In this document: positions 25,017-37,809 of the stretch, in pieces | How positions within the stretch are numbered: the stretch's first letter is position 1 | Layout of the letters: each line of letters starts with the position of its first letter | Source: Rhina ancylostomus | Taxonomy: Eukaryota | Length of the DNA: 64,000 bases | Direction of reading: 5' to 3' | Assembly: GCA_030265395.1 (NCBI GenBank) | Contig: JARFYF010000007.1 | Span: forward strand, 81,699,344-81,763,343 | The notes under the pieces: model-generated | Databases searched by the model: none | What the model was told of the DNA's origin: nothing | The model's input: the letters and a program-made list of their open reading frames with translations, nothing else | Program-made: the position numbers and the translations under genes

Positions 25017-26266
25017 GTAAGTAATAGTTGGTACTTATTGGAATTTCATACCTCTTGACTAATTGTCATGCTTGTACCAGATCTCAGAATAGAAGCACAT
25101 AGATCCTATAACACTGGCATTTTTGGCTCGTGCTGCCTTTGTAGGAGTTTACCTGCCATTTGTGCTAATGTTCCCAATCAACTTTGCCATTTCTCTTATC
25201 CAATCAAATATTGAAGGTTAAGCCTATTTCTGCTCCAACCTCAAAACCTGGGTGAATTCCACAGTCTCCCAACTCTCTCCACCGGTGTTTCGGTTGCTGT
25301 CTGTTCTCAATTTTTCTCATATTTTTGGTTTATGGTCCTTTCTCTTGACCAGTCAATGAGCAGAATCTTTCTTTAAAATGTTTTCCAGTCCTTGACCCAC
25401 TATGATCTTTTTGCTTCCCCACTCCTGGCTGCTTGTACATCATGTTCCCACTGCAGGGATTTGACAGAAGAAAATAGCAGGGATGTTATCAGGCCCATCA
25501 ATGTGATCATGGCTGATCTATGCTGGCCTTAACTCTTCTGTGCTGTTTCTCCATACCTCTTTTTGTAAATGCACTCCCTCAACTTCCCTACTTTGATTTA
25601 AGATATTCCTTCAAGCACTTCTTTTATCTGTTTGGGCCAGTGTTTGCTTGATAAGGCTCCTGTGATGTGTATGTGGATATACCATGTCATAGGTGCTGCA
25701 TATTTGCAAGTTAAATATGAGTGGGGGCTTGCTGTGGGTTTGGGTAATATCTCTACTTGATACAAGCCACTGAATAGTCTCATTGCAGCTGGAAGGTACA
25801 TCCTAACTTGTGAGTAAATTTCTGCAGAGTGTTCCAGTTCCCATACAAATTCCACAATTCTGGTGAAATACAGAGACTTCTGTTGTGCAGCTAATTCTAC
25901 AAATAGCCAGAACTTTTATGTAAATTTCTAGGTGCAGAAATTATTATTACTGGAAGTTGATTTCAGTTTGCTCAGAATGAATGCCAATGTAATGTTACCN
26001 NNNNNNNNNNNNNNNNNNNNNNNNNNNNNNNNNNNNNNNNNNNNNNNNNNNNNNNNNNNNNNNNNNNNNNNNNNNNNNNNNNNNNNNNNNNNNNNNNNNA
26101 TGTTACCAACAATGAATTAGAATGGGGCAAAGCTTTTTGTCATCCCATGGAGTCTCTTTAGTTCTCAATCAAAACAATAGCAGAAGGACTGGGAAGTTTC
26201 TCCAGCATTATGCAATGAGGGAAAGAACGTTTTATAAGATGCAAATGTGTATAAAATGAATTCTAG

Positions 26267-26412
26267 AGACATGAGATTCCGTAGATGCTGGAATCTGGAG
26301 AAACACACAATCTGCTGGAGGAATTCAGCAGGTCAGGCAGCATCTGTGGAGGGAAATAGTCGACATTTTGCGTTGAACCCTAAATGTTGACTTTTTTTCC
26401 CTCCATTGATGC
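26267..26412 (-). mobile_element. Short fold-back Penelope-like insertion with 15-bp TSD
   Basis: Flanked by TAAAATGAATTCTAG at 26252-26266 and 26413-26427; contains GGAGGAATTCAGCAGGTCAGGCAGCATC. Confidence 0.7.
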
Positions 26413-26908
26413 TAAAATGAATTCTAGTTAAGGTGCAGGGCTTGATTGACAAGTGTATCAGCTGGTTATTTGGCACTCTGGCTTGGACTTGTACTTTGTT
26501 ACCATTTTAGGAGTGGTTTATCTCTATCAGGGGTGTGACCAACTAACAACCACATCTGTCTGCACATTCAAGGAATCAGTAACACTGCTTTTTTTGTGCA
26601 TGGCCAATCAAGTCTTTTTTTTATTCTTTTGAAATGCTAGTGGAAATCATGGAAAAAAGGCTGACAGTTTTGTCTCATGGGCTATATGGGACATATTTGG
26701 GAAGAAAGTTCTAGTTACAGTAAACTATTGGTGTGAAGTTATGGGCAGGCGTGTTTGTGAATTGTATATGCTCATTGTTTTTATGGATAATGGCTATAAA
26801 TTTAAAGTTGCTATTTAGTCACAAGTACTGTTGTGAAGTTCTTTCTGCAGTTTGTATTCAGATCCTTTGGGTTTCAAGTCTTTTCCAACTTAAAGTATCT
26901 TGCTTCAG

Positions 26909-26996
26909 TTCCTCAGATGCTGGCAATGATGGTGGATTTAGAAAATGATGACAACTGGTCAAATTCAGATGAGCTTGAAGATGATGACTTTGACAG
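26909..26996 (+). CDS. IPO5: Importin-5 exon 9
   Basis: TTCAG| [30 protein letters not shown] |GTAACT (acidic loop). Confidence 0.96.
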
Positions 26997-28076
26997 GTAA
27001 CTTGAGTGAGCCAACGGTTTAGAGCTGGCTGCCAGGCTGCTGTTTTTTATTCCTTATAAATTAATTGCCAGGGATCACATGAGCTTCAACAAAGTTTGCC
27101 AACAATCTTCTATTGGATGGGATGCCAGTTATTTCAATGGAAGATGGATTGTCCCACCCCTTATGGGAAAGGGACAGTCCTACTGCTGCGTAATCATCCT
27201 GACCCAGGGACCTAACACACACTGAGCCCCAAATTAGTCCAGAGCTGAGTGACTCTTGGACACTGTTTATTCCATTCCCATCTGAAATTCAAAACAGCCA
27301 AAGATATTTCAGTCTGGTGAGCATTGCCATTTGCTCTGAATTAATTTTAACAGGTCTTGCTAGGATGTACACACGACCTTTCCTCATGGGAAAATTAGAA
27401 CGAGTGGTTACAGTGGAGGAATGAGGTTGCCCATTTAAAATGGTATTTTCTCCAAGGGCTGTGAAGAACTCCAAGAGCTTTCTTCCTCAGACTGTGGAAA
27501 CAGTCTTTACATATTTTTAAGACGGATGTAGATGCATCATTGATAAGCAAGGGAATGAATGGTGGTGGGGTTAGGTGGGATGCAGATTTGAGGTTGCAGC
27601 TGGATTAGCCATAACATTACTGAATGGGGGAGTAGGCACGAGGAGCCAAGTGGCCGACTCTGTCTCCCAATTTGTTCGAATGTGTTTTTCCACCTCTCCA
27701 GTCCTTCTAATGTCTCATTGTCTAATGTGGTTTGATACTCCCTTGCTGTATTCTATTACATTAAAGATGCTTATTGATGCAAGTTAATTAGGTAAAATGT
27801 GCTTGATAAACTTGGAATAAAATTAAAACTTTTCTAATTCCAAAGTTCATATATGCAATCACCAAAACTTCAGAAGTCTGAATTGAAATCTAGACTTGCC
27901 AAAGAGGTTCCTCTATGCTTGGGTTTGCCTTTTTAAGAGAAAAAGTCATAGGCATTATCCTTTGGACTTTTAATTTTTTTTTAAATATTCTGGCATATGA
28001 TTTTAACTTTTGAAAGCTTTTCTGGTAACTTACAGTCAGTTCTTGGAACCCAAGATTTCTTTTTCTTTTACCCTAG

Positions 28077-28183
28077 CAATGCTGTTGCTGGTGAGAGTGC
28101 CCTGGACAGGATTGCCTGTGGCCTTGGTGGTAAAGTAGTGCTCCCACTGATCAAAGAACACATCATGCAGATGTTGCAAAACT
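28077..28183 (+). CDS. IPO5: Importin-5 exon 10
   Basis: CCTAG| [35 protein letters not shown] |GTGAGT. Confidence 0.97.
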
Positions 28184-28489
28184 GTGAGTATGGTGCATTC
28201 AGTAATTTGAATCCTTTCACAACGGGTATCTATTTCAGTCAGATCTTGTACCTTCATAAAGAACTTAAGGAAATGAGCTAAATTCGTAAAATGTTTAAGA
28301 AGCTCAAGACACTTTCCCTTTGAAGCAGTGAACAATGTTGGGGGAGTGGCCGTAGGCCAGGTTCTTGCAGTTCATCGTCATATGGCACGGAAATGGGCCC
28401 TTCAGTCACTCTGTGCCAGCCATCAAATGCCCAACTGTACTAGTCCTATTTCCCAACACCTAGCCAGTTGCCATGGCTCTTGCATTCAT

Positions 28490-28900
28490 ATTCAGATCAT
28501 CAATGTACATAACAAACAGCAAAGTCCCAGCAGTGATCCCTGTGCTGGGCCAAAGGTCACAGACTTCCAAACACACAGGCAGCCCTTTCACCAAGCCAGT
28601 TTTGGATCCAATCTGCCCAGATCCCATGGACCTTTTGGACCAGACTTGGTGAGGAGCCATGTCGCGTGCTGTACTGAAGCCCACGTGGACTGTGTAAACT
28701 ACACTACACTCACCAACATAGTTGGTCATCTCTTCTCAAAAATCAACCAAGTTAGTCAGCCAGCATCTCTCCTTACCAAAGCCATGCTGTCTATCCCTGA
28801 CCAATTCAGCCTGTCCAAATGCAGATTAATCCTGTCCCTCAGGAGTTTCCCCAATAATTTCCCTACCACTGATGTTAGACTTGCCAGCCTTTAATTACCT
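28490..28900 (-). mobile_element. CR1-type LINE RT fragment
   Basis: Minus-strand remnants such as LLFVMYIDDL and LTSVVGKLL. Confidence 0.65.
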
Positions 28901-31037
28901 AGTACAAAACCCTTTGTCAAGACTCAGGACAGTTCTAGCAACTGGTCTCAGACCCAAAATGTTTAACTCTTTCTCCTTCCACGGGTGCTGTCTAACCTGC
29001 CGAGTGTTTCCAGCACTTCGGCATTCCACATTTCTAGCACTTTCAGTTGTCTTTGATTTCCAGTATTGCTGTAGTATCATTAAGAACATTTTACTTTTTT
29101 TTAAAAAAGATGCTTATGGCCCTTGGTAATTTCAGTATAATATTTATTTATGCTGAAGAGCACTAAATTCTGGGTGGCACTCTGTATTCATGGCAACCAG
29201 AGTATCAGGTGTTGACTTGCCTTCAGGACTGAGCGACTTAAGTAACGTGTACTTTGTCAGTTTTATACGCACCTGGCAGATTGTTCCCTCTGTTCTGTTT
29301 GTTATAAGATGCCTGCCCCATCTCAATTGGTACAAATTGTGTTGATTCTATTTATTTAGATTAATTTAGATCTAAGGAATCTTGCCATGTTGAAATTGTG
29401 ATATGTTGATTTTTTTTTGTTTGAAGGTAGTTAGTCAACCCATTATTAAGCATTCTTTATTTTTGGGTTCTATAATTGGCATCGGCTGACTACATGTGAA
29501 TACACATTGCTCACCACAGGGCAAACTCGCAACAAATGGACGTGAATAATGTCTTCACTCTATCAGATCTTTATGCAGGTCTGAATATCAGTTCTTCCTT
29601 AAAATATTCTAAATCTACTGTGGGGGNNNNNNNNNNNNNNNNNNNNNNNNNNNNNNNNNNNNNNNNNNNNNNNNNNNNNNNNNNNNNNNNNNNNNNNNNN
29701 NNNNNNNNNNNNNNNNNNNNNNNNNNGGGGGGGGCTGCGATGTGGGGTAAACCCTGAGTAAACTGGAAATAGCCACACTTTTGAAGTACAAATGTATTTA
29801 ATGTTTTGTTGTATTTTAGAAATAGGAATTCTTAACAGAAACAGTTTCGATATCAATGCAGTGGTTTACGTGTGTTCGTCTTTACCAGCAGCTTTTACAT
29901 TGAGAAATGCCTAGTTACTTTTGAAGTCATTACCTGCAAAATTGGGTTTGTGAAAACTAATTCAGCTGGTCAGAGCATTTGGAGCAAGGGGGTGTAATCT
30001 TAAACCTGGAGCCAAACGTTCGAGACTGAAACTGGAAAACATTTCTGTGAGGATGGTAGAAATCTGGAACACTTGTTTGCAAATGACATTTGTGCTTTAA
30101 TTTTCCTATGTTTAAAAAAAAATTCCCAAATCTTTGATTTAGAATTGATTTCAACAATTAAGAACAAAGGCAGAACAGTCATAATCTCCTTGATTAGCAG
30201 AATAGATTCAAGGGCACTGCATGGCCTCTTCACTTCTGCTGCTTTTGGTTTGCTACTTCTGATGCATGTGGTCTTCAATTCTGAGCCTGCTCTTTACATC
30301 AACTTATAGAAGGCTGTAGTCAATTCAAACTAGTTTCCTCCAATCTGTTTGAATCTTTCACTGTTAGGTGGATCTCTGAAAATTTGTGCTTTTTCACCCT
30401 AACCCTAATGTGATCTTTCTCCCTTTAAAATACCTCATTAGTATGGAATAAATTCTCATGGAAGCTGCTTTAATACAAATGATCTAAAGTTGGGAAAGTT
30501 GTTATTGTCTGTGGTGTGGTGATTCTACTGGTGTCTAGTTTCTAGTGTCTAGTTGAATTCTGCAATTGAATAGTTGAGTGAGTAATTTACTGGAAATGAT
30601 ATTTTACAAGTCAACAAGTACGTTGTAATTGATTTTCTGGTTTTAGCTAAATGACTAATCAGGACAGCTAGTACTAATCCTACAGCCAACATCACTAAAA
30701 TGGATTGACCATTTGTTGGATTCACTACTGTTCATGAGGCTTTGTGTGCTAATTGGCTGCCTTATTTACAACAGTAAGTAAGGGCTTTTCTTTGCCTCAA
30801 TATTTTTGTCTGTTTCTCCCACTATAGAATTGGCCAAGAGTTCCTTCCTTAAACCTCTCCTCCTCTCTTCCCTTAAGGTCAGATGTAAAATTTAATTTTC
30901 TGACTACGTTTTAAATAGTTTTACCCAATACTTCAGCTTGGTCTCAATTTTTTTTTTGGTCTGGTTGGACTTTGAGGAGGTTAAAGTTACTGTGTAAATG
31001 CACATGGTTAACATGAGTTGCGATGTTCCCCCTGCAG

Positions 31038-31162
31038 CTGACTGGAAGTACAGACACGCAGGACTGATGGCCTTGTCAGCAATTGGGGAAGGTTGCCATC
31101 AGCAAATGGAGGGGATCCTGAATGAAATTGTGAATTTCGTCTTGCTGTTCCTTCAGGATCCA
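31038..31162 (+). CDS. IPO5: Importin-5 exon 11
   Basis: TGCAG| [42 protein letters not shown] |GTAAGT. Confidence 0.97.
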
Positions 31163-31779
31163 GTAAGTGAAATAAAATGCAAGTGTATTGCTTCACCATA
31201 GGTGTGGCATGAATCTCCCGTTAATGCTCACTTCTTGTACATAAAGGTTGGCCATTTGGCTGAAGTATCTATGGGTTGTGTCCAAAGAGATGGCTTCCCT
31301 CAGCAAAGTCAGTACTCAAGTGAAATTCAGTTTGGTCAAAGTCAAGTTTATTGTCATATACACAAGTCCATGTGTGCACAGGTGCAGTGAAAAACTTCCT
31401 TGCAGCAGCATCACAGGCACAGAGCATCAGATAAGCAGCATTCACAANNNNNNNNNNNNNNNNNNNNNNNNNNNNNNNNNNNNNNNNNNNNNNNNNNNNN
31501 NNNNNNNNNNNNNNNNNNNNNNNNNNNNNNNNNNNNNNNNNNNNNNNNNNNNNNNNNNNNNNNNNNNNNNNNNNNNNNNNNNNNNNNNNNNNNNNNNNNN
31601 NNNNNNNNNNNNNNNNNNNNNNNNNNNNNNNNNNNNNNNNNNNNNNNNNNNNNNNNNNNNNNNNNNNNNNNNNNNNNNNNNNNNNNNNNNNNNNNNNNNN
31701 NNNNNNNNNNNNNNNNNNNNNNNNNNNNNNNNNNNNNNNNNNNNNNNNNNNNNNNNNNNNNNNNNNNNNNNNNNNNNNN

Positions 31780-31841
31780 ACGCCATTGGTCAGATGGCCA
31801 CAGATTTTGCACCAACGTTCCAGAGGAAGTTTCATGACAAG
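31780..31841 (+). CDS. IPO5: Importin-5 exon 12, 3' part only (rest in gap)
   Basis: AIGQMATDFAPTFQRKFHDK |GTAAGC. Confidence 0.93.
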
Positions 31842-32503
31842 GTAAGCATCTTCTAGCCCATTATGAATAGTCATCTCTTTAAAGCAGTGTTGAGATCTTG
31901 TACTATGACATCAGTTCATAAGTGAAGGGGGTGCAGTAGCACGATGCTGGAGTAGCAGTGGGTGGTTTAATGAGCAATCTAGTAGTGGTCTGTTGATTCA
32001 GTAACATGGTTTGCATCCCACCGTGGCAGCTGTACAATTTAAAATTGGATTATTAAATATGGAATAAAAAGCCAGTGTCAGTAAAGGTTGCTGTGAAACT
32101 ACCATTTGCATACCATAATGCATTCATAGAAATGTGCTACCATCCTTGCCCATTCTAGTCAAAGTGTGCTTCCTGACCCTCAACTGTGTGGTGGACTCTT
32201 AACCGGCATCTGAAATAGTCCAACAAACTAATTGTTCGAAAGCTCTTTGAGGGTGGGTGATAAATGCTGGCCTTGCCAGCAATTTCCACGTCCCATAAAT
32301 GAATAAATAGCTCGTGTTAAAATGAGTATGGATCATGTTTGAGTGGTTTTATCAATAGCCTGTTCAATTGTTTACCCTAAATGTTACATTTGTAATTGGT
32401 CCCCATTCTGCCTGACCCAGGAATGTGCAGTAATCCATATAAAAGCAGAATACAAAGGGCACAGAACCAGCCTTGGTGTGAGTATTATTTTTCTTTCAAA
32501 CAG

Positions 32504-32677
32504 GTCATTTCAGCGCTGTTGCAGACAATGGAAGATCAGGCTAATCCACGAGTTCAAGCTCACGCTGCTGCTGCTCTCATTAACTTCACTGAAGATTGCC
32601 CCAAATCGCTGTTACTCCCATACCTGGATAATCTTGTAAACCACCTGCACGTTATCATGGTGGCTAAATTACAGGAG
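32504..32677 (+). CDS. IPO5: Importin-5 exon 13
   Basis: AACAG| [40 protein letters not shown] |GTAACT. Confidence 0.97.
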
Positions 32678-33828
32678 GTAACTTGCTTTCAGTTCTTCAG
32701 TAAACTTTTATAGTTGCTGACTTCTGCTTAAAAATCTCAATGCAGATGAGAACTGGTTGAATACACTGGGGAAAAAAAAATTAAGTTTGTTGGTAAGTTT
32801 TTTGTCACTGAGAGAAGTAAAGTGGGGAAGATTAGTAGAATTTTATAAGTGTTTCTCCAGGGATGTTTGCACTGGAAATTCACCTTCATGTTTATCAATG
32901 ACTTGGCTGAACAAATAAAAGTAAAAATCCATCTTCAGTCACTAGTGTTAAATTTATAATATAGTTGCAGCTGCCTGTAATATCCTGCTTATGAGATTCA
33001 GGTTAGTTAATGTCAAGGAGCAGTTTCCCATCCTAGTTAATGTCAATGGAACCAAATTTCAAAGAGGAATTTCAATGTGCAGCCAACACTATATTGTGTC
33101 CTGTCCTATGATTGCACATATTTCTACAGCAAGGTCACAGAAGGCACTAAGTTAGACTAAATAGATCGGAGCGGAACTTCCTGAGGTGCAGAATACACAA
33201 TACCAAAAGTTAATAAAAATGATTAATGGATTAGGCATAACCTTGAGCGAAGAGAAATGGTGATGCCTCATCTGGAGAACTCTTCAGTTTCCCCACTGTA
33301 CCTCAGGAGGAATCATCCCTTTAAGGGCTGCCTGCAGATTCAGCAGACTGACTCCCAGAGGGTAGAGGTTTTGTAATGAGAGAACTCCAGGTTGAAAGAT
33401 GATTTGGTTCCAGTGGTTAAAACAATAAAGGGGTTTAATGGGGTATGTAAAGAGAAGAGTATTTCCATTAGGTAACAGCACAGAGTTAAAATCACACCAG
33501 GCCACAGGGTAAAACCTCCACATCAAGTGAAAATGTAGAACTCTCCATAAAAAGTGTGATTCTGGAGTCAAATAGCTGAGCTGAGCAAATTTATTCTTGG
33601 TTATCATGGAGTATGGTGCTAAAAGTTGCCATCAAAGTTAGTAGACAGAGTTAATGTATGGATCAACCTTGTTCTAACTGAGTGGCAAGAGTTTTAGAAG
33701 CTGAATGGCTTTCTCCTGCTTTGGAATGATCAGCATAGAAACCAAGAGTTTTGTTTTGTTCACTGCTGTCTCAATTCTTCAAGATTCCAGTAGACCCATG
33801 TGCTATTTATGTTTTACTCTCCCTGTAG

Positions 33829-34047
33829 CTCATACAGAAAGGAACTAAGCTGGTGTTGGAGCAGGTTGTTACTTCCATTGCTTCTGTAGCTGACACTGCG
33901 GAGGAGAAATTTGTCCCATATTATGACCTGTTTATGCCGTCGTTGAAGCACATCGTGGAAAATGGAGTACAAAAGGAGCTCCGGCTCCTGAGGGGAAAAA
34001 CAATTGAGTGCATCAGCCTGATAGGCCTTGCTGTTGGTAAAGATAAG
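33829..34047 (+). CDS. IPO5: Importin-5 exon 14
   Basis: TGTAG| [36 protein letters not shown] |GTAACA. Confidence 0.97.
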
Positions 34048-34125
34048 GTAACAATTTATTAGAACTTCCAAAGCTTTTCTGCTCATTGGTGGTGTTCAAT
34101 CCATTAACTCTTGTGTGCTTTGCAG

Positions 34126-34209
34126 TTTATGCAAGATGCCTCGGATGTGATGCAGTTGCTCCTAAAAACCCAAACTGATTCCAGCGAGTTGGAGGATGAC
34201 GACCCACAG
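34126..34209 (+). CDS. IPO5: Importin-5 exon 15
   Basis: TGCAG| [28 protein letters not shown] |GTACAT. Confidence 0.96.
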
Positions 34210-34370
34210 GTACATTGACTTGTGCAACCCTCTGTGATTACGGCAGAGAATAGTGCTTAAATCTCCTTCGGCACAGCAAAACATCCTGACGTTTTATTTT
34301 CAGTCTNNNCTAGCTTTCGATTTTGAAGGTTGTGGGTTCAAGACCTACTCCAGAGGGGAGTTTAGAAGGA

Positions 34371-34593
34371 CGGGTAGTTCTGCTATAACTCGTACTTACA
34401 TACTGCTAATTGGCTATAACATTGATTAGGGACAATTATGCAGGTCACATTGGTTATAATGTGATCACAATCAGGAAAACATGTTTTAAGTCCGTGCTGT
34501 GAAGGCAACTACAGCCTGTTCTGCTATAACGTGACTTTCTACAACATGAGGTTTCGTAGGAATATAACTACTGTGTTATAGCAGAACTAACCG
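34371..34593. mobile_element. Tc1/mariner-type MITE with 19-bp TIRs, nested in a DeuSINE-like SINE
   Basis: Left CGGGTAGTTCTGCTATAAC and right GTTATAGCAGAACTAACCG (18/19 complementary); TA follows the right end. Confidence 0.75.
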
Positions 34594-36432
34594 TACAGAT
34601 TGTCTGGTTGGTGCGGTGTTGAGGGAATCCTGAAATATTGGAGGTACTATCTTTCAGATGTGATATTAAATTGAGGTCCTGTCGTCTTCCCTGCGGAAGA
34701 GCAGATTTCCTGGAAATTTCTCTCAGTCAACATTTTTATATAAACAGCATTAATTTCCTTCGTCACTATCGCATCGCTGTTTGGGTGGGGGTCTTGCTGT
34801 GGACAAATTGGGCACGGTTTCTTCTATTAACTCAGCAATTGCACTTCAAAAGTGGCTGTAAAGTGGGATTTGGATTCATTTGTGTATATATATGACAATA
34901 TGGTGTAATGAAATTCCTTGCCTGCATTAAACTCAGTAAACAGTATACATGGTAATAATAAAACGATCAATACAGAAAGTGCAAAACAACAGAATGGTGC
35001 AAAGTATAGCAGTGCAAACTGAAGTAGTGCAAAAAGAAATGCTAAAGTAACAATAATGGAAGAGGTGGAATTGCGAGTCTGTGTGAAGCACCACTGGGAA
35101 AGGGATGTGAAAGGTGACTGGTTCAGAAGTCTGATAGCAGTGGGGAAGCAGCTGTTGAGTCTGGATGCTTGGGCTTTCAAGCTCTTGTCTCTTCTACCTT
35201 CTAAGAGAAGAGACAAAAGGAACAGTCTGAAGGGGGATCTGATGGGTTCTGTACAAATACAAGCCATTTCCTTTCGAGGGTCTTTATAGAAGCACTGTTC
35301 ACCTGAGATTTTGGGACATCTGGTATTCAGTGAAGCAGGATTTGAAGAGCTGCTTAAAGGAGGAATTGGAGTTGGTGGCTTGGAGGTTTTGTGGAGATTT
35401 TATGATATCGGGAGCCCAGGTATTTGGGAGCAGAGCCACAGTGGCCATTGAAATCAGTGATACTCAGGGGAAGTGCAGATGGGGCAAGGGAAGTCTGTAG
35501 TGTGGTTTGAAAAGACAGGTGGGTATTTTTCTTTTTTAGAAAAAGATTTAAGTCCCACTGAATAGAAGAGTTTTATTTTGAGTGGAATTTGCCTTTTGAA
35601 ATGGACAGCATTTTGGAAGAAGACTGTCCGTCCCCATTGTGCCTATGCATTATCCAATACCCTCTGCTTTTTTTCTCATAGCTCTTGGAGTATTTAAATT
35701 CTTCAGTCCACTTCAGGAAGCATGTTAATATCGCAGCAACTACCTTCCCATGTGACCTGACTTATTTTATCATGCTGTTATCTTGGATCTGTGTCCTCTG
35801 GATACCAATCTGCATATCTCCCACCCCCGTTAGTGAAAACTATTTCCACTTATTATTCTATCAGACCCTTAGAAGCGGGTTTGTATGAATGGAGGGTTCA
35901 CCATTATTTGAGCGGGTAAGGTGCTTGGTTTTCTGTATGGTGCCAATAGGGAATGCTGGTCTTATCTGTGGTGCTGTAACTGGAGTTCCTTGACAATGTT
36001 TTGACTCCTTTCATAAAAGCATCTTGGAATTGAAATGAGCAAATTATAATTTTCTCTAGACCCACTGCAGCGATAATCCACACATTTACAAGAAGCTAAT
36101 TTCTCTTGTAGAGTAGGATGAAATCCATTTTAAAACCAAAATTATTTTCAAGCCTATAATCAGCTAATTGATGTGGCTTCATAAATAAAGCGAACATACA
36201 TTTTTCTTTTGTAATCTGTGAACAACTTGATAAGATTTGTGTACAGATTCATAGAACTTTTTCCAGTAAAACCATTGCCATTAAAATTCCTACCATTTTT
36301 GTTTAATCTGTGTGTGTGATAGTGTTTGAGTACATTTGCATTATTATTGTTGATCTGTTATGATTAATGGTGAGGGGAGAGAAGAGATTTTAAACTCAGG
36401 TGATCGCTCAAGGTCTCTTTTTCTGTTTCCAG

Positions 36433-36565
36433 ATTTCTTACATGATTTCTGCATGGGCAAGAATGTGCAAGATCCTTGGCAAGGAGTTCCAGCAGTATCT
36501 TCCTGTTGTCATGGGACCATTGATGAAAACTGCTTCAATTAAACCTGAAGTGGCCCTCCTTGATA
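36433..36565 (+). CDS. IPO5: Importin-5 exon 16
   Basis: TCCAG| [44 protein letters not shown] |GTAAGT. Confidence 0.97.
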
Positions 36566-36815
36566 GTAAGTACAAATGACACATCTCCCTGTTATCTTCC
36601 ATTCTAAATGCAGCTTATGGCAGTGCTCCATTTCTGTGAGCATTTGTAACCCAAACAGTGTGCAAGTGGGAAATATGGCCATGGACCAAGTCCCTACCTG
36701 GCAGAAGATACCTGCAGCCCCACAGCAGCTGGCAAATCCACCCTGCTGGTCTCCCAAACGCTCATTCGTATGTACATAAGTTGAGCATTTTTAAACTGGG
36801 AAGGACCTATAGATA

Positions 36816-37004
36816 CAGGAGAGAAAGGACTGCAGATGCTGGAATCTAAATGAGAAACGCAATGATGCTGGAGGAACTCAACAGGCAGCATCCACGGTGT
36901 ATAGCAGTCCTGAAGAAGGGTCCTGATCCGAAACATTGACCGCCTGCTTTTCTCCATGGATGCCCCCTGGCCTGCTGAGTTCCTCCAGTATCATCGTATT
37001 TTTC
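36816..37004 (+). mobile_element. Fold-back Penelope-like element with a central hammerhead-like motif
   Basis: Inverted arms GATGCTGGAGGAACTCAACAGG / CCTGCTGAGTTCCTCCAGTATC surround CTGAAGA..GAAAC; imperfect TSD ACCT(A/G)TAGATA. Confidence 0.65.
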
Positions 37005-37809
37005 ACCTGTAGATATATTTTNNNNNNNNNNTCCATTTAGTTACATGGTTTTCAAGTTCTTGCTGTTCAATGAATCAAAATTCTACAATCTCTTCAAAAT
37101 ATTTGAGGAACTCAGCAGGTCAGGCAGCATCTATGGAGAGAAATAAACAGTTGACGTTCCTCCAGCATTTTGTGTGTGTTGCTCCAGATTCCAGCATCTG
37201 CAGAATCTCTTGTGTCTTTGAAATATTGCTCTTTCAAGAAATGTGTCTGAATTAAATTTAATGCTTACTAGCTACACTTTATGTGGCACTCTTTTTAAAT
37301 ACCAGAACAGCCCTGGTGAATGTTAATCCAAAACTTGGATTAAGACGTGGCTCTCTAGTTGATGTTATGTAGTACAGTACAAGATTCCACAAGTCCAGAG
37401 ATCCTGAGTCAGTTCTAATTCTTTCTTTTGCTTCACTTTTGCTCCTGTTCTGTGAGGCTTGATCTGTCTCTGAGATGGGATCAGCATCTTGGGGGGTGGA
37501 TTAGTGGTTCATCTGGAATAATTACTCCAATTTCACGTGGTGGAACCTTGCATCTGTGCGTGTTCACTGAAGTAAGGATTGGGTTTGGTACTTGCACCTT
37601 TTCCACATTCAACTCAGTGACATCTGGACCCTCGTCCATGTACATAATGTTAGTCGTATATAATCTAGTCAAGTGTGAGCTTTGAGTGCCAATAGGCAAC
37701 TTTTTTTTAAAAAAAAAACAGTCCTATTTGTAGGTTTTAATGAAAAGCTTCACATTTCACACACATGGCTTTGTTGCTATGTAGCAGTGACACATTAACA
37801 GATATTCTG

